64,000 bases of DNA from Alphaproteobacteria bacterium (GTDB lineage: Bacteria; Pseudomonadota; Alphaproteobacteria; MPNO01; UBA830), in the NCBI GenBank assembly GCA_965243135.1, contig OZ251539.1:5408001-5472000 (forward strand). The letters run 5' to 3'. A program made the position numbers and the translations under genes. How positions within the stretch are numbered: position 1 is the first letter of the stretch; each line of letters begins with the position of its first letter. Of the stretch, positions 43,114 to 54,859 are shown in pieces. The notes under the pieces were generated by a model that did no database searches, had not been told where the DNA came from, and was given only the letters and a program-made list of their open reading frames with translations.

Positions 43114-45010
43114 CTGTCCTCTCCTGCCGTTACATGTACGCGGCATCGACCATTCTGTCGATCATCGCCAGCGGCCCGTCGGGTCTGCCCGCGTTCCTCG
43201 CCAGCTTGGCGAATTCCTGTGCGCGGCGCAGCTCCGAGCGCACGAGCGAACGCGCATCGGGATCGCGTTCTTCCTCCATGTCGGGCGGCAGCGCCAGCAG
43301 ATCGTGAATGACGCTGTGCGTCTTGCCCATGGCTCCGCATGTGCGCAATAGCCGTCCGCGGCGCTGCACCCACTGCCGCTCAACGGTCGTGCTTGCCAAG
43401 ATGAAGGCCGTGCATATCTGTGGAATGTTCACGCCTTCGTCCAGCACGCGCTTCGCGGTGAGAACCTGGATGTCGCCAGCCTGGAAGGAATTGATGATCT
43501 GTTTGGCCTCGCCGCGTCTCGCCGTCTCTTCGGCGGTGAGCTGGTGGTACAGGATGTTCATGTCGCCCAGCAAACGGTTTACGTTGTCAAGCTGCTCCGG
43601 TCCCTTATCGGAAGTGTAGATGAGCGTGTGCCGTAGGCTGTCCTCCGCCTCGAGCAAGGTCTTCAGCGTCGAAACCTTGCCTGACGCGGTCTCTAGCAGC
43701 GCACGCCGGTCAAGAAAAAGTTTGGCGAGGTATTCGTCCGGCTTCCTGCCCTCCTTTCGCCAGGAATTCCGCTTGATCTCGCCCGTCAAATCGTACCAGT
43801 CGCCCATCTCGCTCTCAGTCAGGTATACAGGATGGAGGTAGTAGTCGTATTCGACGAGACAGCGGCCGATCGCCTCTTCGAGCGTGAAACGGAAGGCTAC
43901 CGGCCCAAAGAAGCGGAACAGCGCCTCCGTTCCCTCCTCGTCGTACTGGCGGATCGGCGTAGCCGACAGGCCGAGCCGGTGCTCGAAGAATTCTGGGGGT
44001 TCGCCGACGAAAGACGGACGGCCGAGGTTATGGGCTTCGTCCGCAATCAACAGACGCGCGCAGTCGAACGCCTCTATGGCAGTGCAAAACTCCTGGGTGC
44101 ACAGCGTATCGTGGCTTACGACGACGACCTCTACATCCGAAATGCCGTGGCGCAACCGGCGCCTCAATGTTTGCAGTTCGCCTGTGCGTTTTGTAGCGCC
44201 GCTGACCGTCGTGAGGTTGACCGGCTTCAGTCCGAACGGGGCGATTTCATCACACCACTGTTCGATCAGCGGTACGTAAGGCGCGGCGATGACGACCAGC
44301 AGCGGCTTGCGTTCTTCGTACAGGCAATGGGTGCCGATCATGGCGGTAATCGTCTTGCCCGAGCCTGTCGCCATTTCCAGGACGCCGCGATAATCGGCGT
44401 TGCGCCACGCATCGACTGCTTTTCCCTGATGTTCGAAAGGCCCGTCTTCGTGCCGTAGCCAGCCCGGTATCGCGAAACTTGCTTGGGCTGGAAAAACGGG
44501 ATCCGCGAGGTCCGTGCTCCCGGTCACGCCCGCCGCGCGGCCGTAGAGAGCACGAAGTTCGTCTTCAGTCGGCGGAGTTTCCGAACTGTACGTTCGCAGC
44601 AGGCGCTGACTGACGGCCTGCGGAATGGCGATGACAATGCAGTTGTCTTCCTTGTTTTTCCATAACCGGCCGAATTCGTACCGGAGCTTGTCGGCAATGT
44701 AACGCTGATTCGGATCCTGCCAGGATCGCGACACGGCAATCTGTTCGATATTCTTCCGAAGGCCCGCAAGGGTCACGTTGCTCGAACCGTGCGCGGCGAT
44801 GACGTCGCTCTCGTTCTCGAAGAGCCAGACCTTCGGATGAAAGAGAGCGTCTTTCATCAGGGCGACCCTGATCTCGATTCTTTGTTCGCGAATCAGCCAT
44901 GTGAGGCATTTCAGCGTATGTCGCTGGAGCAGGTCTTCCGTGACGGTCAGTTCAAGGAGAATCCCGTCTGCTACCTCCTCTGGAGATTTGAGGCCATCTT
45001 CTATGGCCGC

Positions 45011-46653
45011 CAGCAATTCCCGCTAAGGCTCGAAACCCGTGGAAAATATGGAGTCCGAAAAAAATTTTTCGTAGACTTTTCGAGGTGATTCGGGGCTATT
45101 TGCCTTCGAGCGGAGCATCTTTCTCTGGAAAGTGGTCCGAAGGCGAGGCGGGATTGTACCAAAATGGCCAGAATGCCAGGCATGCGCAAGACGCTCAGCG
45201 CTCCGGGATTGCTGAAGGCGCTCCGGGAGGTTTTTGACGGCATTGAGGATCTGACGGCGAGTCGAGGCGTCGCTCTTTCGGACTGCCTGATGTCGGGGAT
45301 TGCGGTATTTGGTTTGAAGTACAAATCTCTTTTAAAGTTTGATCGCGACGCACGTTTTGATGAAACGGTTCGCAATAATCTTGCGACGTTGTACGGGATA
45401 GAGAGAGCGCCTTCCGACAGCAGGTTGCGCGAGCGTCTGGACGACGTGGACCCCCGTAGTTTACGTCCCGCTTTCACGAAGATGTTCCAGTTGCTTCAGC
45501 GTGGAAAGGGTCTGGAAGGTTACACCTGTCTAGGCGGGCATTATCTTTTATCCGTTGACGGAACGGGATATTTTTCATCTCACAAGGTGCACTGTAAAAG
45601 CTGCTGTGAAAAGCATCACAGGAACGGAACAATCACGTACTACCACCAGATGCTGGGGGCAGTTCTCGTGCATCCGGAACAAAAGGAAGTTTTCCCTCTT
45701 GCACCGGAGCCGATTACCAAGAAAGATGGAAAGAAGAAAAACGATTGCGAACGCAACGCAGCGACACGACTGTTGCGCGATGTGCGGCGGGAGCATCCGT
45801 TTTTGAAATTGATAGTGGTAGAAGACGGACTTGCCTCGAACGGCCCGCATGTCAAGCATCTCAAGGAGTTGAACCTTCGCTTCATACTGGGCGCGAAGCC
45901 GGGAGATCATAAATTTTTGTTTGATTTAGTGGACAGGTCACGATCTGTGAAACGTGCTGAATTCTCCGATAAAGAAGGTATAATGCACGAATTCAGATAT
46001 CTTAACAAGGCACCACTCAACGATGCGAATTTCGACCTTGAAGTCAACTTTGTTGAATACTGGGAAAAGCATCCCGACGGCAGAAAGCAACGCTTCTCTT
46101 GGGTTACGGATCTGCCAGTAGGAGATCACAACCTGATGGAGATAATGCGCGCCGGACGTGCGCGTTGGCGTATCGAAAACGAGACCTTCAACACCCTGAA
46201 GAACCAAGGTTACAACTTCGAACACAACTTCGGTCATGGTTACAAGCATCTGTCGAATGTCTTTGCTAACTTGATGATGCTGGCTTTCCTGATCGATCAG
46301 ATTCAGCAGAGATGTTGCAATCTGTTTCAAAGAGCACGGAAGAAAGCCGAGCGTTCCATCTACTTGTGGGAGAAGTTGAGGGCTATGTTCTTCAACTTTT
46401 CACTACCAAGCTGGGAAACGCTTTATCGTGCGATAGCGTTCGGATATAAGAAACCGATTTTGGAACCTTACGATACTTCCTGACATAATAAATTTTCGAA
46501 GTGTGTAGCAGGTTCTTCAGGGGGAAACATAACCAACGAAAGCTCGGCCATAAAGCCGAACGTTAGACGTCTGTCCTGACGGTCGTGCCTCCTGTCGAGA
46601 GAGTCCTTTGCATCTGATTTAGCAGGACCACTACGAGTTAGCGGGAATTTCTG
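45011..46653 (+). mobile_element. ISNCY-like element B (relative of element A)
   Basis: IR CAGCAATTCCCGCTAA / TTAGCGGGAATTTCTG; 9-bp TSD TATGGCCGC at 45002-45010 and 46654-46662. Confidence 0.92.
45164..46483 (+). CDS. DDE transposase, intact (439 aa)
   Basis: Paralogue of 34517-35836 with the same motifs. Confidence 0.92.
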   Translation: MARMPGMRKTLSAPGLLKALREVFDGIEDLTASRGVALSDCLMSGIAVFGLKYKSLLKFDRDARFDETVRNNLATLYGIERAPSDSRLRERLDDVDPRSLRPAFTKMFQLLQRGKGLEGYTCLGGHYLLSVDGTGYFSSHKVHCKSCCEKHHRNGTITYYHQMLGAVLVHPEQKEVFPLAPEPITKKDGKKKNDCERNAATRLLRDVRREHPFLKLIVVEDGLASNGPHVKHLKELNLRFILGAKPGDHKFLFDLVDRSRSVKRAEFSDKEGIMHEFRYLNKAPLNDANFDLEVNFVEYWEKHPDGRKQRFSWVTDLPVGDHNLMEIMRAGRARWRIENETFNTLKNQGYNFEHNFGHGYKHLSNVFANLMMLAFLIDQIQQRCCNLFQRARKKAERSIYLWEKLRAMFFNFSLPSWETLYRAIAFGYKKPILEPYDTS

Positions 46654-47727
46654 TATGGCCGCTAGATCTTCGGTCTCGAGCAGGGGGCTCACGATGAGCC
46701 GAAACCTGCTGCTGGAACCGGCGAGGTAGGTCGCAAGACCAGGAGCAAGCGAGGCCAGCACCTGGCTTGAAAAAAAACCGACCATGCAGTCAACCATGTT
46801 CGCCGCCTGAAATCCGGGGATCAGAACTTCCTCGGCGAAAGGGTCCGCTGGCAACATGTAAAGCGGCCGTATCGCCTCCAGAGACTGCAACGCTGGCGGC
46901 CGGCTGCTATCGAGGGCACCGGCCACCTCAGTTCCATTCGTCGGCAACGCCATTGGTGTCATGTGCGTGGATGCCAATCGGTTGAAAGGTGTTTCCCGAT
47001 AGTCGACCCGTGCGGTTCCGCGCACTTGCACACTGCGTTTCCTCCCGAAGCCAACAGACCGGCAGATGCATAGAGGGATTCTGTACAGGAATCAAGCTAT
47101 TCGCCGACATGAGCCGTTTGCGCTGTGCCATTTTTCGTCAGCCTGCCGCCCGGCCGACGCCCCGCGGAGCGCTCCGCCCGCCCGCTGGCGGCCAGTTGCC
47201 CGGGGGCGGTCGGACGACCGCAGCGGTCATCCCGTGTTGCGCAGCCCGACCGGACCGGCCAGCGACCGCCCCGACGTTCCGCCCGCAGGTGCCCGCAGGC
47301 CGCGATACAGGTTTCTCCATGCGGTACGCATTGTCGATCCGGCTGCCGCTCCATGGCGGAGCGGCGGTCCACGTTTCCATGAGGGGCTGCCCCAAGGGAC
47401 CGGCGTGAGGGCTCGCCTGTCATGCTTCTCTAGGTCGACGCGGACGATGCGGCCATACCCCCGGCCTGACACTTGGCGGCCCGGTGGCATTCCTTGCGAC
47501 CTGCGCAGCCGAAAGCCGTTGCAGGGCCTTGCGCGCGCTTCGCGGTTCGCCTCGAAGCCCTGGACCGCCCCACTAGGCGTGGTTTCGGGTCCCCTATCCA
47601 CTTCGATGCGCAACGCAGGCGAGCGTCGATCTCAATCGGGAGGCGGACGGGCGGCGTCAAGGCTCAGATGGCGAGAGGTGATGTGGCGCGATGCTTGCCG
47701 GTTGTCGGGACGGGCAGATAGCTGGCG

Positions 47728-49023
47728 TCAAAACTTGCCGGTGACGCCGACGCTCACGCCGTGATTCCGGTATTCGTGGATCGGTATGTTGGAACGGCCG
47801 ATTTCGAAGGAATAGCCCACATACGGGGCGAACCCTCGGTATTGCAGCGAACGGTGCAGGACCCTCCCGCTCAACCGGATTTTCCTGTCGGATCGTCTCT
47901 TGCCGAACAGCGGGTCTCGGGCGGCATGCCGCCGGAATTCGACGGAAGGGCCTGCGGATACGGACAGCCCGCCCTCGAAAGCGCGCGAGAACCGCAGGCC
48001 GATGCCGATCAGGCGGTAGCGGTGATGCGTTGTTTTCGCTCCGACGGCCTCAAGGATCGGTTCCGTTTCCACCGCGGTCTGCCCGTCGAGCGCGTAGAGC
48101 AGGCGAGGAATGGACGTTATCCGCCACCCGTCGTGGCCGTCATACGCATCGTGCCGCCGGTATTCGGCATTCAGCGGCAGGTCGAGGCGAACGGACTTCG
48201 AGAGGCGCAGGGTGGTGCGCACCCAGGGACCGATGCTTCGATAATCGCTGTCGCCGCCAACCCGACGATGCCCGAACCGCAGACCTCCGGCCGCGCTGCC
48301 GCCGTCGAACAGCCGCGCCGCTCCGGTTTCGCCGGAAACGGTGATGTCGTTCCATTCCGACTGCCGGTAAACTTTCGCGGCGGTCGAGACCGCCAGCACG
48401 GCGCGGAGATCCTCCGCGACCGTCGGGGAGAAGGAGAACCCGGCGGAGACGAAGCCGCCGACGCCGGAAGACGCCCTTGCGTCGGGATTCAGCCGGAACG
48501 GCACGCCGCCGATGCTGACGATTTCGCGTTCCGTTCGCCGGGCGGGATTGGTCTCGGGCAAGACGGCGGCGGAAAACGAGATCGACCATCTGCGGCGGGC
48601 GTCGATCCGCCGCAGGAAGCCTTCGACCGCCGCTTCGACCGACGAGGGCAGTTCGTCGGCCAGCGCCGAGCCGAAATGGTATCTGGCCTTCTCGTCGCGG
48701 CCCGCCGCGTAATAGGCGCGGGCGAGTTCCAGCCGTACCCGGGTAAGGCCGGGCCGCAGGGCGAGGACGGCTTCGAAGCGTTCGGCCGCCTGCCTGGGTT
48801 TTCCGAGGCGCATCTCGATTCGTCCGAGCAGGAACAGGCGTTCGATCCGCTCTTCTTCGCCGCCCGGATGCGCCTGTTCGAGAAAGGCGAGGGCGTCGCG
48901 GAGGCGGCCGGCTTCGAGGAGCAGCCGACCGGCCTGCATGTCCGAAATCCCGGACGGAACCGGCTGCGCCTGCGCGGCGGCAGCGGCGAACAGAACCGCC
49001 GCCGCGCAAACGAGGGCGCGCAG
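47728..49023 (-). CDS. Surface lipoprotein assembly modulator (SLAM; TPR + DUF560 beta-barrel)
   Basis: Signal peptide from a probable CTG at 49023; TPR RVRLELARAYY; barrel ending in C-terminal F. Confidence 0.85.
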   Translation of the reverse strand: MRALVCAAAVLFAAAAAQAQPVPSGISDMQAGRLLLEAGRLRDALAFLEQAHPGGEEERIERLFLLGRIEMRLGKPRQAAERFEAVLALRPGLTRVRLELARAYYAAGRDEKARYHFGSALADELPSSVEAAVEGFLRRIDARRRWSISFSAAVLPETNPARRTEREIVSIGGVPFRLNPDARASSGVGGFVSAGFSFSPTVAEDLRAVLAVSTAAKVYRQSEWNDITVSGETGAARLFDGGSAAGGLRFGHRRVGGDSDYRSIGPWVRTTLRLSKSVRLDLPLNAEYRRHDAYDGHDGWRITSIPRLLYALDGQTAVETEPILEAVGAKTTHHRYRLIGIGLRFSRAFEGGLSVSAGPSVEFRRHAARDPLFGKRRSDRKIRLSGRVLHRSLQYRGFAPYVGYSFEIGRSNIPIHEYRNHGVSVGVTGKF

Positions 49024-49024
49024 C

Positions 49025-50980
49025 CTATTGCTTCCTGCCGCCGAACCAGCCGTGCATCACGGTGTCGTCCGCATCCCGCGTTGCCGAAAACACGCCGCCG
49101 GCTTCCTCCGCGCCTGGACCGAAAAACGCGCCGCGCATCTCGCCCGTCAGCCCGCGGGCCGAGCTCGCAAGCGCAGCCGAGGTCGTATCGACGCCCGCCA
49201 GCGTGGCGGTGAATCCACTGTCGCTGGCGATGCGACCGTTCGAGACGTTCACGCGGCCGCTCATGGAGGAGTAGTTCGCAACGCCCTGATTTCGGCGTTC
49301 GAGTCTGTCGATGGTTCCTTCGATCGTGCCGTTGCCGAAGTTTGCCGTAAGTCCCAGGTCCCCTCGGATATAGCTCCTGTCGTCGCGAGACGGCATGTCC
49401 GCCAGATAGGAGCGCGCATAGGCCCTGCCGGCGTAGGACGCCGTCCCGCCCGGCAGCGTTTCCGTCCGAACCCCGTATACCGAATGACCATCGTGGGCTT
49501 CCGGGCCGGTCGGGTCCGTCCACCATCCGTTCGCGTCGAAATAGGCGTACCCGGAGGGCGAGCCGTCGTTTCTCGGGGCGTTGTAGAAGGCTCCTGTGGT
49601 CGACCAGATCTGGTATCTCGTATCGTCGACTTCCTTCAGGTAGTTGTTGTCCGCTATCTGGAAATCGGCTTCCGTAAAGCGGACCTCCTTCTCGGCGCCG
49701 GCGACCACGTAGGTCACGCGAAAACCGCCAGCGTCGTCGCCCGATATGGATTTCACGTAGGTTTCCGTTGTCAAGCCGACGGATTCTGCGCCCTCGGTGA
49801 AGTCCCTGTCGACGCTTACGTTCAGCGGCGTGAACGGGTTATCCGCACCCGGAAGGAGCGTGGCTATCCGGCGGTCGGCGACTTGCCGGCCGCCGATGAA
49901 ACCTTGATACACGAGATCGCCTTGGCTCGCTGACAGCACGCCGCCCACTTCCTCGGCGGCGGGACCGTAGAACTCGCCGAGCAGGCCGCCCTCGATCCCG
50001 CGGGTCGTGCTCTGGCCGGGCGAAGCGCCTGAACCGGCCACTCCCGCGAGGTCGGCGGTGAACTGGCCGTCCGCGATGACGCCGTTCGAGATTGCGATGT
50101 GACCGTGGACCGTTTCCCATCCGGATGCGGAATCCGAAGCATCGTTTCTCTGGAGCGCATGTAGCCGGCCCTCGACGGCGCTTTCTCCGAAATCCGCCGT
50201 AAGAAGCAGCCCGCCTCGCATATCCAGTCTCGAATTCAACGTCGGGCTGTTCGATCGCCATGCGGTCGTCCACGTTCGTCCGTGATACGTTGCGGAACCG
50301 GCTGTGGGCATTGTCTCCGTTCGAGCCCCGTACACCGAGCGGCCGCGCTGAACAGCCGTGATATCGGTGCTTGGAAGTTCCTCGAAATCGACGATGTCCC
50401 AGCCAATGATCTCGAAATATCTGAATTCCTGCGAGCCGTCGTTTCTCGGCGCTTGGTTAAACGCGCCGGTTCTGGACGACAGAGTATGGAGGCGTCTGGT
50501 GCCGTCCGGCTGTTTTGAATAGACAGCGCCGGACGTCCCTCTTCCTTCGATCGTTGCGCCCCGGTCGTCTCCGGAGAATTGAACCTGCCGTTCGACGCCG
50601 TCGACCACATAGGTAACGCGGAATCCATCCTCTCCGTCGCTTGATATGCTCTTGATATGCGATCGATTGTTCAGCGTTACGCGAGATCCAGCGTGATCCC
50701 TGTCGAGCACGACGGACAACGGCGCGAATGCATTTTGCGCATTCGGAAGCAGCCGACTGAGCTTGTGGGCCTCTGCATCGCTTGCTGTCACGCCTGCGAA
50801 AAGCCTGTTGGTCAGTCCGGCCGCGAGTTCGCCGAGCGTCGGTTGCGGCGGCTGGCTGCCGCCCGGCTGGCTCGTGACAGGCGACGTTTCGGAAGATCCT
50901 CCGCTGCCGCCGCAACCGGACAACGCAGGAGCGAGGGCGACAACTGCCGCCAGCAATGCAGATCTGACTGGATTCGTCAT
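49025..50980 (-). CDS. Bilobed TbpB-like (transferrin-binding-protein-like) surface lipoprotein
   Basis: Lipobox LSGC + GGSGGS linker; two barrels (A.Y.G, LTA.FG...EG, G.F[YF]GP.AEE.GG). Confidence 0.85.
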   Translation of the reverse strand: MTNPVRSALLAAVVALAPALSGCGGSGGSSETSPVTSQPGGSQPPQPTLGELAAGLTNRLFAGVTASDAEAHKLSRLLPNAQNAFAPLSVVLDRDHAGSRVTLNNRSHIKSISSDGEDGFRVTYVVDGVERQVQFSGDDRGATIEGRGTSGAVYSKQPDGTRRLHTLSSRTGAFNQAPRNDGSQEFRYFEIIGWDIVDFEELPSTDITAVQRGRSVYGARTETMPTAGSATYHGRTWTTAWRSNSPTLNSRLDMRGGLLLTADFGESAVEGRLHALQRNDASDSASGWETVHGHIAISNGVIADGQFTADLAGVAGSGASPGQSTTRGIEGGLLGEFYGPAAEEVGGVLSASQGDLVYQGFIGGRQVADRRIATLLPGADNPFTPLNVSVDRDFTEGAESVGLTTETYVKSISGDDAGGFRVTYVVAGAEKEVRFTEADFQIADNNYLKEVDDTRYQIWSTTGAFYNAPRNDGSPSGYAYFDANGWWTDPTGPEAHDGHSVYGVRTETLPGGTASYAGRAYARSYLADMPSRDDRSYIRGDLGLTANFGNGTIEGTIDRLERRNQGVANYSSMSGRVNVSNGRIASDSGFTATLAGVDTTSAALASSARGLTGEMRGAFFGPGAEEAGGVFSATRDADDTVMHGWFGGRKQ

Positions 50981-51003
50981 GAGAAGAGACCTCCCCGCTT
51001 GAT

Positions 51004-51126
51004 TGAAGAGGCCCCGTGAAGAGGCCCCGTGAAGAGGCCCCGTGAAGAGGCCCCGTGAAGAGGCCCCGTGAAGAGGCCCCGTGAAGAGGCCCCGTGAAGA
51101 GGCCCCGTGAAGAGGCCCCGTGAAGA
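51004..51126. repeat. Perfect 13-bp tandem repeat TGAAGAGGCCCCG x9 plus 6 nt
   Basis: Counted directly; no spacers. Confidence 0.97.
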
Positions 51127-51136
51127 ATTGCCGACA

Positions 51137-51165
51137 ATGATACCATGCCGTCCCAAGGCCGTCAA
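51137..51165 (-). promoter_or_regulatory. Sigma70-type promoter of the lipoprotein-SLAM operon
   Basis: TTGACG-17 nt-TATCAT with TG extension on the minus strand. Confidence 0.7.
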
Positions 51166-51499
51166 ATCACCATACAGTGCAACGGTGCCAGCGCGGCACA
51201 GGCCTTCTGTTGCGTCTTCACACTGCTGCTTTGCGACCTGTTGCAGTGCGAAGACGCGGTTTGACGAAGGCAGCGCAGGTCGATCAACTCGGCTGGATCC
51301 CGGAGCTGTTTACCCCTGCAAGACCCTACCCTGTCGCCATCGCAGATGACCGATGATCGGCGCATCCGAAGCCCTCGACCTGAAGCGATACCTGACCGAA
51401 CAGGCCGCTGCTCTCGCCAGAGATCCGATTAGGTCATGCGAAAATCGTCGGATAGCATGGATGAATCAATGACATGCGGAATCTCACGGTATGCGCGAG

Positions 51500-54491
51500 T
51501 TAGTGCCTGGACTGGACAGCGGGCTGGAGTGACAGTTTGTTTCGCACCGTGTTCACCCAAGTTTGTCCGGGCGTCCCCCAACCGAGGATTTGGGCCGCGA
51601 CGGCCGCATCCAGTTCTAACCGCGTTTCGTCTTCGAGCATGTCGGCGAACCCTTTGAGCTTCTTCGTTGCGAGCCGTTCGAAGGCATCCTTGGCGGCCGC
51701 AAGCTCGGTCTGCCCGAATTTCCGCACATCCAGTACCGGCAGTTGCCTGATGCTCTCGATGGGCAGTCGGCTTCTCCCCAAGTATGGGCGGTTGGCGTAG
51801 CAAATGCGGACAAGCAGTCCGAGGGTCGAGTTCCACCACAACGCAAGCGCTTCTTCCGCGCCGCCCTTGGGCTCCCTCAACCGCAGCGTATTCCAGGAGG
51901 CGACGCCGAGCGCTTCCACGTCCGTCATCACGGCCCCAACGCTTTGCGGCGCATGGCCGAGTTCGGTGGCGATATGCAACCTTCCTTTCCTGCCCGCGAT
52001 CTTCTCGTATTCTTGTTCTCTCCCCTTTTTCGACCAGACCCGCGCATTGGGGCGTTGTGCCACCGACCTTATCTCCTGCCACTTATGATGCCACATGGCC
52101 GGCAGGCCGGAACCATCCCAGTTTTCCTCTATCTCGCACGGCGCTTCCCGCCCCTTGATCGCCAGATCGCGGGGACCGGTCCACACCAAGTCCTCCACCC
52201 GGCACACGGGTATGTCTCCGCCCTTCGTTCGCCCGTTCGTGGCGATTGCGATCCCGGTCTGAACGAGTTCCGTATCGGAAAGCGCTGTCGCCGCCGCCAG
52301 ATTGACATCCCATTTCTCCCCGGTGCCGCTCGTGCGAAGGATCTCTCCCCAAACACGCTTGGTTCCCGCTGTCCGGACCTCTGCGATGCGTCCCGGCGTG
52401 TCGGTGGCGTGCGGAATGTCCTTTTCCCCAATCGCAGCAAGTTCTCGGGCCACCGCTTGGGCGTCAGCCGGCGTGTCCGGGTTGCGAGCCAGATTGACTA
52501 CCTTGATGTCGCGGGGGGGGGGGGGGGCGTTTTCGCTTCCGCGCCACGATCATCGTCTCCGCGATCCGGGTGGATTCCGAAAACGATACATGCCGCCTCC
52601 CGGGGGTGCTTTCCGTCTTCGGGCGGTTTCTGGGGTCGTGGCTTACCACCACCCACTCAATTTCGTATCCGTTGTGCCACGTGGCCCGCATCTCGGACCA
52701 GTCGCTGCCCGTGATGACGTTCGCCGGCAGAACGATGGCAAGCGTCCCGCCGTCCCGCAGCCGTTCGTCGGCAAGCAGCGCGAACGCGCTTCCTCCGGCC
52801 CGCATTGTCGCCGGGGTCCTGGATAACCTCTTCGTCAACTCCTTGCGCATGTCCGCCGCGTCCTTCGGGTTCGTCATCAGCCCGTAGAACGGCTTCCATG
52901 TGTTGGTTCCGTTCACGACAGCCGTGTTGCCGGCCGACTTGAAAAACGGGGGGTTCAGGATCGCGACGTCGAGTTCCGTTGCAAGTATCGCCAGCGCCTC
53001 TGCCTCCCTTTTTGCGGGATCCTTTTGATCCTGGCTGGAATGAAGCGGTAGGCTCTCCTCCTCGTAGGCATTGCCTGTTTTCGAATTCCTCAGCAGGTCC
53101 AGCGCACCGAGACGGGCGACGCGCTCCTTGTCACGTTTCTGCACCTCGAGGGGCATTGTCCGCAGGTTGGTCCGGTCGATGCGATCCTGAGGGTGGTACA
53201 TGCATAGAGTCGCAGCCGCGAGGTGAATCACCGCGACAACGACGTCTCTTCCCCACAGGATGTCTTCGACAAGGGCCTTGTTGAGTGCCGAGGCCTCACG
53301 TCCGGCCTGTTCCGCGTGACGGCGCCTTATTGCCCCGGCGGAGGCGACCAGCAGGGTCCCGGTTCCGCATGCCGGATCGCCAACTCTGAGTCTTCTGATG
53401 TCGTCCAGGTCGCTCCAGTTTATTTGTACTCCGTCGAACGCGAGCTCGGCGAGCATGATCGCAGCCGGCAAGGTCGTGTAGTTCGGCGAAAGGTACTTTC
53501 CGCCTATCAGCAGCCGATGGAAAACCCTGCCCGCGAGGTCGTGCTGCTGGCCAACCCCGCACCGGGCAAGATGTTCCGCCGAGGGCTGCAGGCAATCCAG
53601 GATATCGCCGGCGACCGGCTCGGGGATGCAGTCAAGCGCCTGCGCGGCCGGCTCCATGACCGGAAGCCAGTTCACCTTGAGGATCGTCTCCCACTTCTGC
53701 CGGGTTTCGGACCTGGTTTCTCCCAAGCGTCGCGGGGATAACCCGTCAACATGCGGCGTGAGAAGTTCGTGCAGCACCATTGCATTCGCGAGAACCAGTA
53801 CCGCCGCCCTGGACTGGGAGATTTCATCGATCGCCAACCGGTCCAGGTTGAGTGCGCGACAGACCGCCTCCCTCGTGCTTCCCTGGTTCGTCAGCATATC
53901 CGCTGCCGCCTCAGCGGCAGCTTCAAGGTGCGACACGACGCGATCGACTTGGTCGGTATCTCTTTCCCAAGCGACATAGCGTTCGTTCAGCACAGCCCCG
54001 AGCTCTTCAACCGACACTTTACGGGCGCTTTCCGCCCATTTTATTCTTCCCTCGGAGACTTCGCCCGTGCGTATCTGGATATGATCGGTTTCGCGGAGCG
54101 GGACCTTCATTCTGGATTCTGGAACGTCTTCAAGATCCGGGGGATATTGGACGGCCGCGACCACCCGTATCGGCTTTCCCTTTACGAGGGTCCGCACATG
54201 GGCCGCGCATTGCGCCTCGCCGCTGCCGTCACCGTGCCACTTGCATTCGACTCCGATCCACTCGCTCGTTCGCTCGATCCTTATATCGGGACGCTTGGCC
54301 CCTGCGCTGCTCTCGGCCTCGCAATCGATGCCGCATAGTTCCCGCAACAACTCGGCGAGCTTGACGTTTGCGCTGTATTCCGGTGTGCCGACCATCTCGT
54401 CTCCTTGCTTTGGTGCCTGCTCTCTCACCGCATAGCCCGCTAAACGAAGACCTTTTGCGGTTATGTCCTGTTCCTTCGACGCGGTCGCCAT
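51500..54491 (-). CDS. Type IIG R-M enzyme (REase-m6A MTase-TRD), frameshifted at G15 (52513-52527)
   Basis: RPDI..GVECK, DPACGTGTLL, ILNPPF; downstream frame DIKVVNLARNP...LWWNSTLGLL; start uncertain. Confidence 0.82.
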
Positions 54492-54859
54492 CCGGCAGTT
54501 TCCGGTTGCGGAGCAGGGGTCGCCATGAGGCGCCGGAAAGTCAGGCATTCGAGAAACTTGCGGCTATCGGAGATGATCCATCTGTCAGGCATCCTATCCC
54601 CCCATCAGCATGAGGATGACCGCCCCGAGGATGAGCGGCCACCACAGGAGATGGGCGGCGAGGCGCTTTCGCGCCCGCGCCCGCAGCCTTCGGAGACGGG
54701 CTTGCGGCGTCATCCGAACAACCACAGCAGGCTGAAGGCGCAACCGAGTCCGCGGAAGCCGTGGCGTCGTCGACGCCCGGGCGCTCCTTTTCCGGCGCCC
54801 GGGATCGGGCTTCCAGCACGGGAATCGTTTCGCGACATGCCGGGCGTCCTCCAGAGTCG

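Larger units (their letters stand above)
43130..46962 (-). pseudogene. PLD-domain + SF2 helicase (dnd-associated restriction-helicase-like), interrupted by an IS
   Basis: VGFFSS..L, FHPK...HGSSN (PLD-like), MATGSGKT, DEAH, GLSATP, LDEGVNIP, QRRGRLLR; frame restored on IS removal (EDLAAI-EDGLK). Confidence 0.85.

Noticed and set aside
51004-51126. CRISPR array
   Set aside because: Head-to-tail 13-mers with no spacers and no cas genes; it is a simple tandem repeat.
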